From positions 4,477-68,476 of the IMG/VR virus record IMGVR_UViG_3300014835_000015: a stretch of DNA of 64,000 nucleotides, one strand, 5' to 3'. This document shows, one piece after another, positions 19,948 to 29,929 of the stretch (positions within the stretch are counted from its first letter, which is position 1; each line of letters opens with the position of its first letter). The DNA comes from a virus. Both the position numbers and the translations under genes were made by a program. A model generated the notes under the pieces. The model did not search any database. It was not told where the DNA came from and saw only the letters and a list, made by a program, of their open reading frames with translations.

Positions 19948-20741
19948 TCTAATACCCCTCTTGTATTTAACCAGTATGGTGGAGTATATGGTGTATTAGG
20001 TATTATATTACTTCCAGAATGCCCCCAAATTGTTCTAAATAACCCATCACTTCCTTTATAACCTACGGTAGCTACACCTACCAACAAATCACTATATTCT
20101 GTGATGGATAAAACATTTGTATCTGACGAACTCTCTGTTGTAAAAGCAACAGTCTCAACTGTGTAACTTGATGCACCTCCCGCTAAAGCAACTGCGGTAT
20201 CTAACATTAACTCATCGAGTTTAAAATCTGCGTCATTAGCTTTAATAGTAAAACGGTCTTCTAAAAATGTTTCGTTTAAATCATTACTCCCTGTAAGTAC
20301 ACCATCTACATATACGAAAGTTGTTGAACCACATTTTTCAATACTTATAGCATACTGTACATCCTGCCATAGCTTAAAAGTTGGTAATATATAGTTTTGA
20401 ACTGAACTATCCCAAACATCAAGACCATATTCACTGAATGTAATAATAATTCCTTGATACTTTATACAGTTAAGTGATCCCCAACCAAAGGCGGATGCTT
20501 TAAATCTAAATCTTAATGTATAATCACCTGAAGAATGTATAGCAACATTATTTATACTGTACTGTGACTCACCAACACTTTGCCCTTGAAAATTTCCACA
20601 CGCTACTCCAAAGACTGCATCTGATGGTGATAACGAAATTCTATTTAAATAATTTGTCCCTATAAGATTGTTTGAACTAGAGTCATGTATAATAGTTTCA
20701 TTAGATGAGTTATCAAAATGTAATAATAATGCGATAGCCAT
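19941..20741 (-). CDS. Concanavalin A/LamG-like domain virion protein
   Basis: LLLHFDN..IHDSSSNN..FGVACGNF..TFVYVDGVL..LDELML pattern. Confidence 0.65.
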   Translation of the reverse strand: MAIALLLHFDNSSNETIIHDSSSNNLIGTNYLNRISLSPSDAVFGVACGNFQGQSVGESQYSINNVAIHSSGDYTLRFRFKASAFGWGSLNCIKYQGIIITFSEYGLDVWDSSVQNYILPTFKLWQDVQYAISIEKCGSTTFVYVDGVLTGSNDLNETFLEDRFTIKANDADFKLDELMLDTAVALAGGASSYTVETVAFTTESSSDTNVLSITEYSDLLVGVATVGYKGSDGLFRTIWGHSGSNIIPNTPYTPPYWLNTRGVLEW

Positions 20742-20805
20742 TGAAAATCCTTTAATACGTTATAATATAAAATAAGGCAGATTATCATTGCCTATTAAGT
20801 TTATA

Positions 20806-21174
20806 TTATGCAGAATGAGTAATTGTAGCTGATTTTATATTCACAACAGTAACACCTAAAATAAAATCTGTTGTACTTAAAATTAGCTCAGTACCCTCAC
20901 TACCAACAGATATATTTGTATATACATCAACACCTCCAACTGACTTTCTAACTCTAGCTACTGTTGCTATACCTGAAGCGTCTGCTAAATTATCATATAT
21001 TGGTGTGGTAAGTGTTAATACGCCATCAACAACATTTCCAATAGGATTTGCAAGAGGAATTGTTGCTAATATAGTTGACATACCTATAGTACCTATTTCT
21101 AGTATTGCCGAAGTACCTGCAAAAATAACATCCGCTTGCATTCGTACATTTTTTAATTCAAGTGATCTATTCAT
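20806..21174 (-). CDS. Small virion structural protein
   Basis: 122 aa; shares ADASGIATVARV / LANGSPTFYRV and GSEG / GVVGAE patterns with the neighbour at 21192. Confidence 0.5.
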   Translation of the reverse strand: MNRSLELKNVRMQADVIFAGTSAILEIGTIGMSTILATIPLANPIGNVVDGVLTLTTPIYDNLADASGIATVARVRKSVGGVDVYTNISVGSEGTELILSTTDFILGVTVVNIKSATITHSA

Positions 21175-21191
21175 AAATATTTTTTTTTTTT

Positions 21192-21620
21192 TTAAAAAGA
21201 GTATGCTACATTTTGTAGAGGATATACTTGTCCTAGAACCATAGGAAAGAATGAACTATCTAATACAGATTCAGCACCTACAACCCCACATGTACCTTGT
21301 GATCTATATAATCCAGTATTTGCTGAAGTAGCAGAATCTGCTAATCTATGTACTCTATAGAATGTAGGTGATCCATTAGCCAAACAAGTAGCAGACATTG
21401 ATTCTGCAATATTTCTTTGACATATACCTCCTACAGAAGAAGAAAATGTACCACCAGTAACACCATCATTATTTACTGTAAACTTTGCTAGTAATGTTCC
21501 TGTAACAATATCACTGGGTGATACAGGAACAGGACCATTAAAGTAAGATACAGCAAATAAATTTAAATTTGTTTTAATTGCAGCATCTGCTGCAACATTT
21601 TTTAATGAATCAGAAAGCAT
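21192..21620 (-). CDS. Small virion structural protein
   Basis: 142 aa; GTLLAKFT..ATCLANGSPTFYRV. Confidence 0.5.
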   Translation of the reverse strand: MLSDSLKNVAADAAIKTNLNLFAVSYFNGPVPVSPSDIVTGTLLAKFTVNNDGVTGGTFSSSVGGICQRNIAESMSATCLANGSPTFYRVHRLADSATSANTGLYRSQGTCGVVGAESVLDSSFFPMVLGQVYPLQNVAYSF

Positions 21621-22750
21621 TAAGAATATCCTTGTAATGTTATAGAAATATCTGCTATAGATAAATCTTGTATTGTTGGAAATACAAGTTCTATAGAGTC
21701 ATCTTTTGTTATTGTTTGTGTGCTTGAAGAGGTAAACACACCTACATTTGTTATATTTGTAAATAATAAATTGCCTATAGTTATACCATTTTTAGTAATT
21801 AATACATTTACATCTGCTAACGGTCTTTGACTACATCTTGCAACACTTCCTTCAAAATTAGTTTTAAAGAATACCGTATATGTTGTAGAAAAATAACCTA
21901 GTAATTGATTACTTATAGGCACACCCTGAACGAATGTTCCAAATTGTGTTGGTTTTACTACTCTTAAAATACTAGGAATAATTATCCAATTAGATTCTGT
22001 TTGTCCTGGTGTAGTTATTAAAGCTCTAATGCTATCACCCTCAACTACAACAATTGATCCTAGAGTACCTGGAACAGATATTATCCATGTATCTCCTTGT
22101 ACTACATCTGTACTTGGAAACAAGTTGGTTGAAGCTGAGTATTGTCCTTTATCCTTAAAAACAGTTGTAAGTACGCTATCTGTATAGTCTTTAGCAGTAT
22201 TAAGTGTATCAGTATCTGCACTAGCTTGTAATGTACTTACAGGTTTATTAATATCGCTTGTATTATCTACATTAGCAATTCCAGTAACGTTTACTTTAGG
22301 AATCTGAACATAAGGTAGAGTATTCCATGTAGCTGAACCATTACCAATTTTATATAATAATGTATTTGATTCAAAACCAATCTCATTTAATAATAGAATT
22401 GGGTTGTTTATAACCCATGCAGCAGAGGAATCTATTCTTGGTTTAACGGTGTCTACTTTAGTAGCACTATTACCTCCAGATATATTACCTGAGAAAGCAT
22501 GAGTTATAACAGATTCCCAAGACAATCCATTCCAAACAAAAAAAGATTTAGAAACAGTGTTCCAATAAAGAGAACCTTCTACAATAGTAACTGGTTCAAC
22601 AGAAAATGCTCCTAAATACTTTTCATTAAATCCACTTGTACTTGCTGCAATGGATGCGTTATGTGCGCTATTACTAGCACTTAAAGCATCTTGAGCAGCA
22701 TGTATTGCACTAGCTTCAGCTAATACAGCATATTCACTAGCTGTAGTCAT
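21620..22750 (-). CDS. Tail fibre-like protein with an Mtd_N/hyaluronidase-type motif
   Basis: WVINNPILLLNEIGFESNTLLYKIGNGSATWNTLPY; NVDNTSDINKPVST repeat. Confidence 0.65.
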   Translation of the reverse strand: MTTASEYAVLAEASAIHAAQDALSASNSAHNASIAASTSGFNEKYLGAFSVEPVTIVEGSLYWNTVSKSFFVWNGLSWESVITHAFSGNISGGNSATKVDTVKPRIDSSAAWVINNPILLLNEIGFESNTLLYKIGNGSATWNTLPYVQIPKVNVTGIANVDNTSDINKPVSTLQASADTDTLNTAKDYTDSVLTTVFKDKGQYSASTNLFPSTDVVQGDTWIISVPGTLGSIVVVEGDSIRALITTPGQTESNWIIIPSILRVVKPTQFGTFVQGVPISNQLLGYFSTTYTVFFKTNFEGSVARCSQRPLADVNVLITKNGITIGNLLFTNITNVGVFTSSSTQTITKDDSIELVFPTIQDLSIADISITLQGYS

Positions 22751-23373
22751 TATACAAATCCTCTTTCATTAAATTTATTATTAAATCCAAATGAATTAAC
22801 AAATGTTCCTGATTCATTAAGGGAATCAACTCCTACTCTATATGCTTTAAATGCAGTCATAGTATCTGCATGACTTGCACCTAATGCTTGTTGAAAACCT
22901 AAATAGGTTACATACAACATAAGTACAGAGTTATACTGACTTGCTAAAGGTAGCTTACTTGATAAGTTACTTATCTGAGCTGGTGTTGCTTTATAGTCAA
23001 GTGTTAATGGTTGTCCTGTAATAGGGTAAGGAGCAGTAAATACTAAATTATCTGATATAAAGATACTGTTACAACTTCCCTTTACATTCACACCTACTTC
23101 AAAGGAATCAATTCTAGGAACAATCTTTCCTTGTAAGTCTCTCCAATACATTCCAGGAGTAACAATGGAATACATAGATTCAAAGTCATTAGGTAAATCA
23201 TACTCAGTAACTGAATCTGAAAGAGTAACTACTTCTGTTTTACTTAGTAAATCAAATTCATCTGAGATAGTTTGAATAGCTAAGTTAGTATAAGAAATGA
23301 TAGATTCTTGTGTAACTGATGTTTGATGTAAAGAACCATCTTGTACTAGTGTAACAAATTCAGATAATAACAT
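22750..23373 (-). CDS. Head-tail adaptor (N4 gp67-like)
   Basis: IISYTNLAIQTISDEF..YNSVLMLYVTY..FNERGFV; directly downstream of terminase. Confidence 0.6.
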   Translation of the reverse strand: MLLSEFVTLVQDGSLHQTSVTQESIISYTNLAIQTISDEFDLLSKTEVVTLSDSVTEYDLPNDFESMYSIVTPGMYWRDLQGKIVPRIDSFEVGVNVKGSCNSIFISDNLVFTAPYPITGQPLTLDYKATPAQISNLSSKLPLASQYNSVLMLYVTYLGFQQALGASHADTMTAFKAYRVGVDSLNESGTFVNSFGFNNKFNERGFV

Positions 23374-23382
23374 TTAGATTCC

Positions 23383-24963
23383 TTAAACAATATATGAGCT
23401 AATGTAATTTCTTTCTTCAGGTATGTCAAGTTCCCAGATAGGATTGTGTATATTATTTTTAACAGGGATATCTTCACTTGGTTTCCATGCAGTTAATGAA
23501 CCAAGCATACTAATAGTATCTATAAAGTCATCGTGTTTAGATTTGAATCCTCCAGCACTAGCTAATCTTAATTCATCCAAAGCTTCTACTATTGTTGGAT
23601 CTAGTTTCATTTCTTCTGGGAAGAATATCTTATGAGTTTTAAACCAAGGAACAACAATATTAAATCTTTGCATTTTATTAGTATTAGGTCTAATTCCAGG
23701 TTTAGATGAATTGTTATCACTAGCTATAGTAAACCATATATTTCTATTCATCATTTCTCCTTCAATCCATTGAATGAATCCTCCTTGTTGTCCTGTAACT
23801 TCTATACCTACTTGTTGTGGTTTATACATTTGAGACAATCTAAAGAGTTCATCTACATTCTTTTCCATAGTTTGTTTCTTACATATACCATCTACCCAGA
23901 ACCAATCCCCATTAGCATTATATGCCCATACAGAGATAACGCTAAAGTCAGCAGAAGTCTTTTCACTTGTGGCAAAGTCAGTAGTAATATAGAAGTTAAA
24001 TATTCCTTTATTCTTTAATACTGATTCTCTTTTAAACCATCTAATATCTGAATCAGTAATAAGTCTATCTTCATCACTCATAATTCTTAACATTAACTCT
24101 TGGTTAAAGGTATCTATTTTACCTGCTTTAAGTGCTTTAGTATATTTCTCTTGAACGTATTCATAAGTAAACCTATCTTCCCATGCACCATTAAATTCTT
24201 CTTGAGTACAGGGAAATTGTTCACATACAGGAAATACATTTACTTTCCATGCACCTGATTCTACTGCTTTATATAAAGGATCTCTTGAATTAAATGGTGT
24301 ACCATTCCAAACTACTTTTCTTCTAGTAGGATGTAAAGCATAATCAATAGCTTTATATACAGTATCTTCAATACTTGCAATAACTGTTACTGACCTAGCA
24401 TCTTCATCTGAAACCAAGTCATCTAATATTGCTAAGTAAGGTCTCTGACCCATCTCCTTAGCTCCACGAACACCTGTCTTAGCTCCATATCCTTTGAATA
24501 CAGTCATTACTCCATCAGCATTAATAAATTCCCATCTAACATCTGTAAATCTTGTAGAAGGTATGTATTCTTGTAAGAAGGAACTATTCTGCCACCTATA
24601 CTCAAGGTTCTTTCTCATGTTCTTAACACCATTTTCAATGGAATCTGATACATAAAGACCTAAAGGTATTTTACCAAAGTTAGGTATTGAACCATAAGTA
24701 CCAATATAAAGAATAAGATACTCTGCCATTAAGGTAGTCTTAGCACTACCTCTAAATAGCATATTAATAATATCTGTTTCTTTACCTTGGATTGTATCTA
24801 ACATCTTAAAATGAATTACAGGAGTTTTATGTTCTTCTCCCGATTCACCATTAACAAGTTTAATAAAATTAATAAATTCAAGTGCAAATAAAGAAGGTAC
24901 ATAAGAAGTATCTTCTTTATATGAAATGTTGTTTAAATGTTCTACAACTGTTTTAGAATTCAT
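23383..24963 (-). CDS. terL: Terminase large subunit (N4 gp68-like)
   Basis: FRGSAKTT Walker A, ILDDLVSDE Walker B, TDFATSEK..D and KHDDFIDTISML nuclease motifs. Confidence 0.95.
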   Translation of the reverse strand: MNSKTVVEHLNNISYKEDTSYVPSLFALEFINFIKLVNGESGEEHKTPVIHFKMLDTIQGKETDIINMLFRGSAKTTLMAEYLILYIGTYGSIPNFGKIPLGLYVSDSIENGVKNMRKNLEYRWQNSSFLQEYIPSTRFTDVRWEFINADGVMTVFKGYGAKTGVRGAKEMGQRPYLAILDDLVSDEDARSVTVIASIEDTVYKAIDYALHPTRRKVVWNGTPFNSRDPLYKAVESGAWKVNVFPVCEQFPCTQEEFNGAWEDRFTYEYVQEKYTKALKAGKIDTFNQELMLRIMSDEDRLITDSDIRWFKRESVLKNKGIFNFYITTDFATSEKTSADFSVISVWAYNANGDWFWVDGICKKQTMEKNVDELFRLSQMYKPQQVGIEVTGQQGGFIQWIEGEMMNRNIWFTIASDNNSSKPGIRPNTNKMQRFNIVVPWFKTHKIFFPEEMKLDPTIVEALDELRLASAGGFKSKHDDFIDTISMLGSLTAWKPSEDIPVKNNIHNPIWELDIPEERNYISSYIV

Positions 24964-25306
24964 TGTTTCTTATAGATACCACACGTTTTTCAATTGCAAT
25001 ATGTAACTCATGTAGAGTAGATGTTAATTTATCAAGAGTAGTAGATACCTCTACTCTATGAGACTCTATTAATCTTTCTATTCTATTACTGTGTTCTATA
25101 TGAATTTTATCTACTTGATCTGTGTGATCTTTATTAATTTTATCTATTCTTAAATTATTTTCAGTATCTTTAATATCTTGAAGTTTTGTAATCTCAAAAT
25201 ACTTAATAATAAACCATGAAAAGCCTAGTAAGAGAACTGTCAGCATACCTAAAGATAATTGATAACCATCTTTCGCTTCTGCAATTAATTGTATTGGATC
25301 AGGCAT
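24953..25306 (-). CDS. Single-TM plus coiled-coil protein (holin/antiholin-like)
   Basis: Probable start MPDPIQ at 25306 after GAGGT; TM segment LSLGMLTVLLLGFSWFII. Confidence 0.45.
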   Translation of the reverse strand: MPDPIQLIAEAKDGYQLSLGMLTVLLLGFSWFIIKYFEITKLQDIKDTENNLRIDKINKDHTDQVDKIHIEHSNRIERLIESHRVEVSTTLDKLTSTLHELHIAIEKRVVSIRNNEF

Positions 25307-25474
25307 ACTGTATAACACCTCTGTTGTTGATAGTAAAATCCATGCACTCGCACAAATAACCATCAGGCAAGCGGATTTCATTATGCTCACATTCCCAGCC
25401 TGAATAATAGCCAGTGGCAAAGCGTGAAAGTGCTGCAATGCCATAAATAATTAATTGTATTGGCATGGTTTTTC

Positions 25475-26698
25475 CTAGGTTTTAATGTATTTCTTGGTTG
25501 TTGCCGTAAAACTGGCAAAAACAGTGGTTGCCGTAGTTTCGCCGCCTGCAATAAAAAACCTGTCGCTACCCAGTAAAACAGATGCAGAAGAATAACGGGC
25601 TATTGGCAAATCAGTACCTGCTATATACGACAAAGTATTATTAGTGATTGTGATAAATACCGTAGTCACTAGACCAGACCCTCCAGCAAGAAAAACACGC
25701 CCGTCACTTAATAGCACAGCAATAGGTTCGTTGCGCGCCGCTGGTAAAGCCTCCGCAGCGGTCGATACGATTGAATTTCCGCTGATTGATAATAGCAGTG
25801 TGTTAGTGGAACCCCCCGAAGCCAATAGAAAAATGCGGCTATCATTTAATAATATTGCTTTATGTGAGGAGACTGAGATAGGCAAATCAGTCCCCGCCGA
25901 ATACGTTATTGCATTTCCACTGATTGTAAGAAACAGCGTGACTAATGAGGTAGTCCCAGCAACTTGACCGCCTATCAATAAAATTCTATTGTCTACCAAT
26001 AGTGTCGCGGTATGATAATTGCGGGTTGCAGGTAGAGATGTTCCAGTTGCATACGTTATTGTATTGCCACTGATTGTAAGAAATAGCGTACTGGTAGAAG
26101 TCACCCCACTAACAAAACCGCCTGTCAATAAAATTCTATTGTCTCCCAATAAAGTCGCTGTATGGTAGCGGCGCGTAGCTGGCAAATCAGTCCCTGCTGC
26201 AAATGCAATGGAATTGTCGCTAATTGTAAGAAACAGCGTGCTTACTGACGCTACCCCCGCAACTAAGCCACCTAGCAACAACACTCTATTGTCTCCCAAT
26301 AAAGTCGCTGTACACGCACTCCGCGTAGCGGTTAAATTAGTACCAGCGGCGTAACCTTTAAAATCTAATAGCCCAGAAACAGACAACGGTACATTAAACG
26401 TAGTCGAACCATCGCCCACACCAAATTTAGTACCAATAATCGCAAACAGCGCGGCGTAAGTTGTGCGCGATACCGCCTGACCGTTGAGGGCAAGTGCATT
26501 GTTTGGTGTCCCATAAGAGTCAATTACATCCCCTGACTTTAAAGACATATCATCAAGCATCGCTACCGTGCCACTCTTGTCAGGAAACGTCCATGTCCGC
26601 GCCGCTGTTGTTGCATTTGCAACCGTATTAACAAATGTTTCCGCTGTATTCCTTAGCTTTAAAATAGTAACCTCTAAGAACTCACCTAGAAACTGCAT
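25475..26698 (-). CDS. Tail-collar domain plus six-blade kelch beta-propeller (candidate receptor-binding protein)
   Basis: NGQAVSRTTYAALFAIIGTKFGVGDGSTTFNVP collar motif; six GTxLPxxRxxHTATLLxDNRILLxGG repeats. Confidence 0.8.
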   Translation of the reverse strand: MQFLGEFLEVTILKLRNTAETFVNTVANATTAARTWTFPDKSGTVAMLDDMSLKSGDVIDSYGTPNNALALNGQAVSRTTYAALFAIIGTKFGVGDGSTTFNVPLSVSGLLDFKGYAAGTNLTATRSACTATLLGDNRVLLLGGLVAGVASVSTLFLTISDNSIAFAAGTDLPATRRYHTATLLGDNRILLTGGFVSGVTSTSTLFLTISGNTITYATGTSLPATRNYHTATLLVDNRILLIGGQVAGTTSLVTLFLTISGNAITYSAGTDLPISVSSHKAILLNDSRIFLLASGGSTNTLLLSISGNSIVSTAAEALPAARNEPIAVLLSDGRVFLAGGSGLVTTVFITITNNTLSYIAGTDLPIARYSSASVLLGSDRFFIAGGETTATTVFASFTATTKKYIKT

Positions 26699-26702
26699 AA
26701 CG

Positions 26703-27491
26703 TTAACCTAAAATTGCTACGTTAAATTGATTTGTTGTTGGTGCTGCGGCAAATTTAACCGTCACGCTGTTAGTCGTGGTTAGCTCAATATCTGCTTGGA
26801 CAATGTCATGCGGACTGGCTACACGACTGAGCGTCACTGCAAGCTGTTTAGTGCCTAGATTATGCGTGACAGTGTATGACGTGGCTGAACCATCACCGAT
26901 AGTTGTATTGTATTTAAGAGGTTTTCCTGACCATGTTTTTAACTTGAGCGGCGTTACAATCCGTAAATCGTCCGTGCCAGTGTCGGTCTCTGCCTGTGTT
27001 GCTAACTCAGCAATCCCCGCTATAGCTTCACTAGCTAAGGGTGCGGACGTTCCAAATGAAGAAAATACAACATTACCCACACCTAATGTGAAATTAACTA
27101 ATGACTGTCTAAAAGTCGCACCTGCACTTGTGCCTTCTTCAACGGTAAGTGTTGCTTGTTCTAACTCGATAGCGGTATTAGCATCTAATGAGCGAGTCAT
27201 AGCAACAGCCGCATCGTTCCAGATATAAATACCGTTGTCAGGGACTATTGTTTGTGCCATGACTAATACGCGGTCATTAGTTGCCATTGTGATACCATCA
27301 ATGGTGCTACCTGTCGATAACAAATTGATATTTGCTTGAGTAGCAACGCGTGCAGAATCTTTCCAGTTAATGCCCTCTACTGCTGAGTTAAGTTGTGCGA
27401 CAGTGACAGCATCTTGATCTGCTGTACCATTCACCAGATTAACTATCTTTGCTACATTGTTAAAATCTAAATTTGCTAATTGTTGTGTCAT
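26703..27491 (-). CDS. Tail/virion structural protein
   Basis: SARVATQANINL..IDGITMATNDRVLV..NGIYIW; GDGSATSYTVTHNLG. Confidence 0.6.
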   Translation of the reverse strand: MTQQLANLDFNNVAKIVNLVNGTADQDAVTVAQLNSAVEGINWKDSARVATQANINLLSTGSTIDGITMATNDRVLVMAQTIVPDNGIYIWNDAAVAMTRSLDANTAIELEQATLTVEEGTSAGATFRQSLVNFTLGVGNVVFSSFGTSAPLASEAIAGIAELATQAETDTGTDDLRIVTPLKLKTWSGKPLKYNTTIGDGSATSYTVTHNLGTKQLAVTLSRVASPHDIVQADIELTTTNSVTVKFAAAPTTNQFNVAILG

Positions 27492-27504
27492 AAATGTTCC
27501 TAGT

Positions 27505-27849
27505 TTAGTTACATTGAGCTGTACCTGCCGTTGCTACGACTAGATACACGATTGCTTGATTAAGTGAGGTGTGAATAATTTGTCCATTAAATTCAATACC
27601 ACCAATGGTTAGTAAAACGATAGATGGGTGATTGTTAAGATTATGATTAATTGTCCACGTTAATGCGGGAGATGCTTGATTATGTGAATATCTACTTAAA
27701 GTATCACCACTATCGCCTTTAATACCTGCTTTTAATACAACAACAGGATACCGTATATTAGAAGATATTACTTGTATGGATATTATATTTCCTCCACCAA
27801 CTATATATACTGGAGTATCTATAGGCAGGGTAATTATAAATTTAGCCAT
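27505..27849 (-). CDS. Small tail-associated protein
   Basis: HNQASPALTWTINHNLN motif. Confidence 0.5.
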   Translation of the reverse strand: MAKFIITLPIDTPVYIVGGGNIISIQVISSNIRYPVVVLKAGIKGDSGDTLSRYSHNQASPALTWTINHNLNNHPSIVLLTIGGIEFNGQIIHTSLNQAIVYLVVATAGTAQCN

Positions 27850-28162
27850 GTGTTATAGCTCTTTCAACTATAATTTCTGACGTAGCAGATATTGATGTAA
27901 TTCCATTTTCTATTTGCATTAAATCCCAGTACAACTTACCAACCTTCCAATCTAAAGTAGATGTAGGAGATTCAATTCTAAACGTGCCTAAGCCAGCATT
28001 TATAATAGATAATGTTAATTGTTCAATTAAATTTTGTGAAGAATCTCTAATTTGACTTGAAAGAGTAATACCTACTAAAGATTTAGGTGTAGTACCGTCA
28101 TCTTCAGTATATTGTCCATCAAGAATAAAGGATTCACCTTGTTTAATAGTTACTGTAGTCAT
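27842..28162 (-). CDS. BppU_N-like small structural protein
   Basis: TIKQGESF..SLVGITLSSQIRD..YWDLMQ. Confidence 0.5.
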   Translation of the reverse strand: MTTVTIKQGESFILDGQYTEDDGTTPKSLVGITLSSQIRDSSQNLIEQLTLSIINAGLGTFRIESPTSTLDWKVGKLYWDLMQIENGITSISATSEIIVERAITHG

Positions 28163-28200
28163 TAGGTTGTACCATAAAATAAAAGTAGACTAACACAACA

Positions 28201-28908
28201 TTAGACATCTGTAAACTCTCCTTCAATAATAGAAATTGTTGAGTGAGCTACTTCCTTAGCAGAAGTAATACCTAACTCTATATTTCTATGTTGTAATGCA
28301 GCTAACTCTAACATATATTGCTTTATCTCTTGCAATTTACTATCTTCTTTTAAACCAACATTAATTTCTATTTTAGTATCTTCTGGGGGTTTAAGATGAG
28401 TCATAACAGCATTAGCTGCATCACATCTAACTTTAGGGCTAACCTTCTTTAAAGGGTCAGTCTCCATCATTAATTCAACTAAAACATTTAATGCTTTCTG
28501 ATGATACTCCTGATTCAATATATGAAAAGGAGTAAGAGTTTGAGCCATAATAGCTTGAACTAATTTACCCTTAACAAACATAGCAACATAACTACTAATA
28601 TCTTTAGCAGAAGTATTCTCTTCAATAAACCATTGATGCTTATCAGGGAATGTCTTTAAATAAGCAGATACATTACTCTCACTCATCATTCTATTACTAA
28701 CATACCTAACAGCATTAATATAGTCGGTAGTTTTAAATCTACCTTCATTCATTACTGAAGTATAACTAAGTAAGTTATCTCTATATACTTTACCTAATAT
28801 AGGATCAGTAATATTAGAATTAATATCGTCTACAATATCTTGAGTAAGAGTGCTTCTAGTATTCTTAGGTAATACATCTCTAAATTGTTCTAAGGTTATT
28901 ACATTCAT
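28201..28908 (-). CDS. N4 gp69-like protein (proposed small terminase)
   Basis: LLSYTSVMNEGRFKTTDYINAVRYVS, AYLKTFPDK, VRCDAANAVMTHLKPPE. Confidence 0.85.
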   Translation of the reverse strand: MNVITLEQFRDVLPKNTRSTLTQDIVDDINSNITDPILGKVYRDNLLSYTSVMNEGRFKTTDYINAVRYVSNRMMSESNVSAYLKTFPDKHQWFIEENTSAKDISSYVAMFVKGKLVQAIMAQTLTPFHILNQEYHQKALNVLVELMMETDPLKKVSPKVRCDAANAVMTHLKPPEDTKIEINVGLKEDSKLQEIKQYMLELAALQHRNIELGITSAKEVAHSTISIIEGEFTDV

Positions 28909-29387
28909 TCACCCAACTCTTTATCAATAAGTAAAATACCACAAGAATCATCACTAACTAAACCAAGTCTTGCTAACCAATCACCATACTCACCAATAGC
29001 TTTAACTTGAATCTCTACAAATTGTTGTAAGTGAATCATAGTAGGAGTCTCTACTTGTTTATACCATTTGTTGTATAAATCTCCCAATTGATATTCTGCT
29101 TTATAAGCAATAGTAAGAGCTTGTTCCAAAGAACTAACTTCTTTAGTTTGTTCTGTAATTGCAGGTACACAAGCATTCTTACCTCTACTATTTAAAAATT
29201 CAACATGTAAACCATAATGCTTTAATTCATCATTGGCTTCATTATTAAAGAACTTACTAGCTCCAAAGTAACCTAAACCAAGGCATTGAATAGAAAGATT
29301 CCTATACATGTTACTTGCTGTAAGTTCTTGAAGACATGCTTCTTCAATAACTGTTAAATCAACTTGTTTAATAATACTTCTTTTCAT
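28905..29387 (-). CDS. ftn: Ferritin (non-haem) with ferroxidase residues
   Basis: QELTASNMY, NEANDELKH, AYKAE, IQVKAIGEYGD, LIDKEL align to ferritin helices A-E. Confidence 0.85.
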   Translation of the reverse strand: MKRSIIKQVDLTVIEEACLQELTASNMYRNLSIQCLGLGYFGASKFFNNEANDELKHYGLHVEFLNSRGKNACVPAITEQTKEVSSLEQALTIAYKAEYQLGDLYNKWYKQVETPTMIHLQQFVEIQVKAIGEYGDWLARLGLVSDDSCGILLIDKELGE

Positions 29388-29800
29388 TTATTTGTTGATC
29401 CTTTCATCTTATCAAAACTCCTATATGCACCTAAACCAAGTATTCCTAATAACACTTGTAATGTAATTTCTGTATTAATAACAGGAAATGTACCAATATA
29501 CTTAAAAACTACTGTAGCTATAAACCTAATAAAAGGTTCTAAAATACTTACATAAGCTAAACTAATACCACATACCCATCCTATAAATGGTCTCCAACCA
29601 GATACAAATAATTTAGTATTACCTGCTTCCAACTTATTAACATCAATTTGAGCTAAGATTAAAGCATACTCATTTTGCATTTCAGTTAATGCTTGAGTCA
29701 TCTTATCATGCTCAACTGTAGTAGCATCAGGAGCAAACTTATTAACAACAGTAGTAATCAAATTACTACCAGCAGTTATTGCATCATCAATTCCAAACAT
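29384..29800 (-). CDS. Holin, 3TM gene-transfer-release type
   Basis: AQIDVNKLEA..FVSGWRPFIGWVCG..LLGILGLGAYRSFDK. Confidence 0.8.
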   Translation of the reverse strand: MFGIDDAITAGSNLITTVVNKFAPDATTVEHDKMTQALTEMQNEYALILAQIDVNKLEAGNTKLFVSGWRPFIGWVCGISLAYVSILEPFIRFIATVVFKYIGTFPVINTEITLQVLLGILGLGAYRSFDKMKGSTNK

Positions 29801-29929
29801 AATTACCTCTATATTACCTTACTGGCTTTCAGCCAGTAAAAGCGACCACTGTAAAGTAATAAGAATTCTGTACAAGAACACTTACTACATTCTCTTTTAG
29901 TTTGATTAGTGTTAAACCAAATATGTTAC

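Noticed and set aside
76-23635. Many short plus-strand ORFs in the track (e.g. 76, 493, 2215, 3082, 4831, 10241, 13603, 17788, 23423)
   Set aside because: Antisense shadows of long minus-strand genes with conserved motifs; no RBS or recognisable domains.
25307-25444. N-terminal extension of the holin-like ORF as in the track
   Set aside because: A better RBS (GAGGT) precedes ATG 25306; the extension lies in the GC-shifted edge of the tail island.
25980-26320. CRISPR array or DGR template/variable repeats
   Set aside because: Repeats are in-frame kelch blades with a 150-nt period; no cas genes or reverse transcriptase, and no adenine-specific mismatch pattern noticed.
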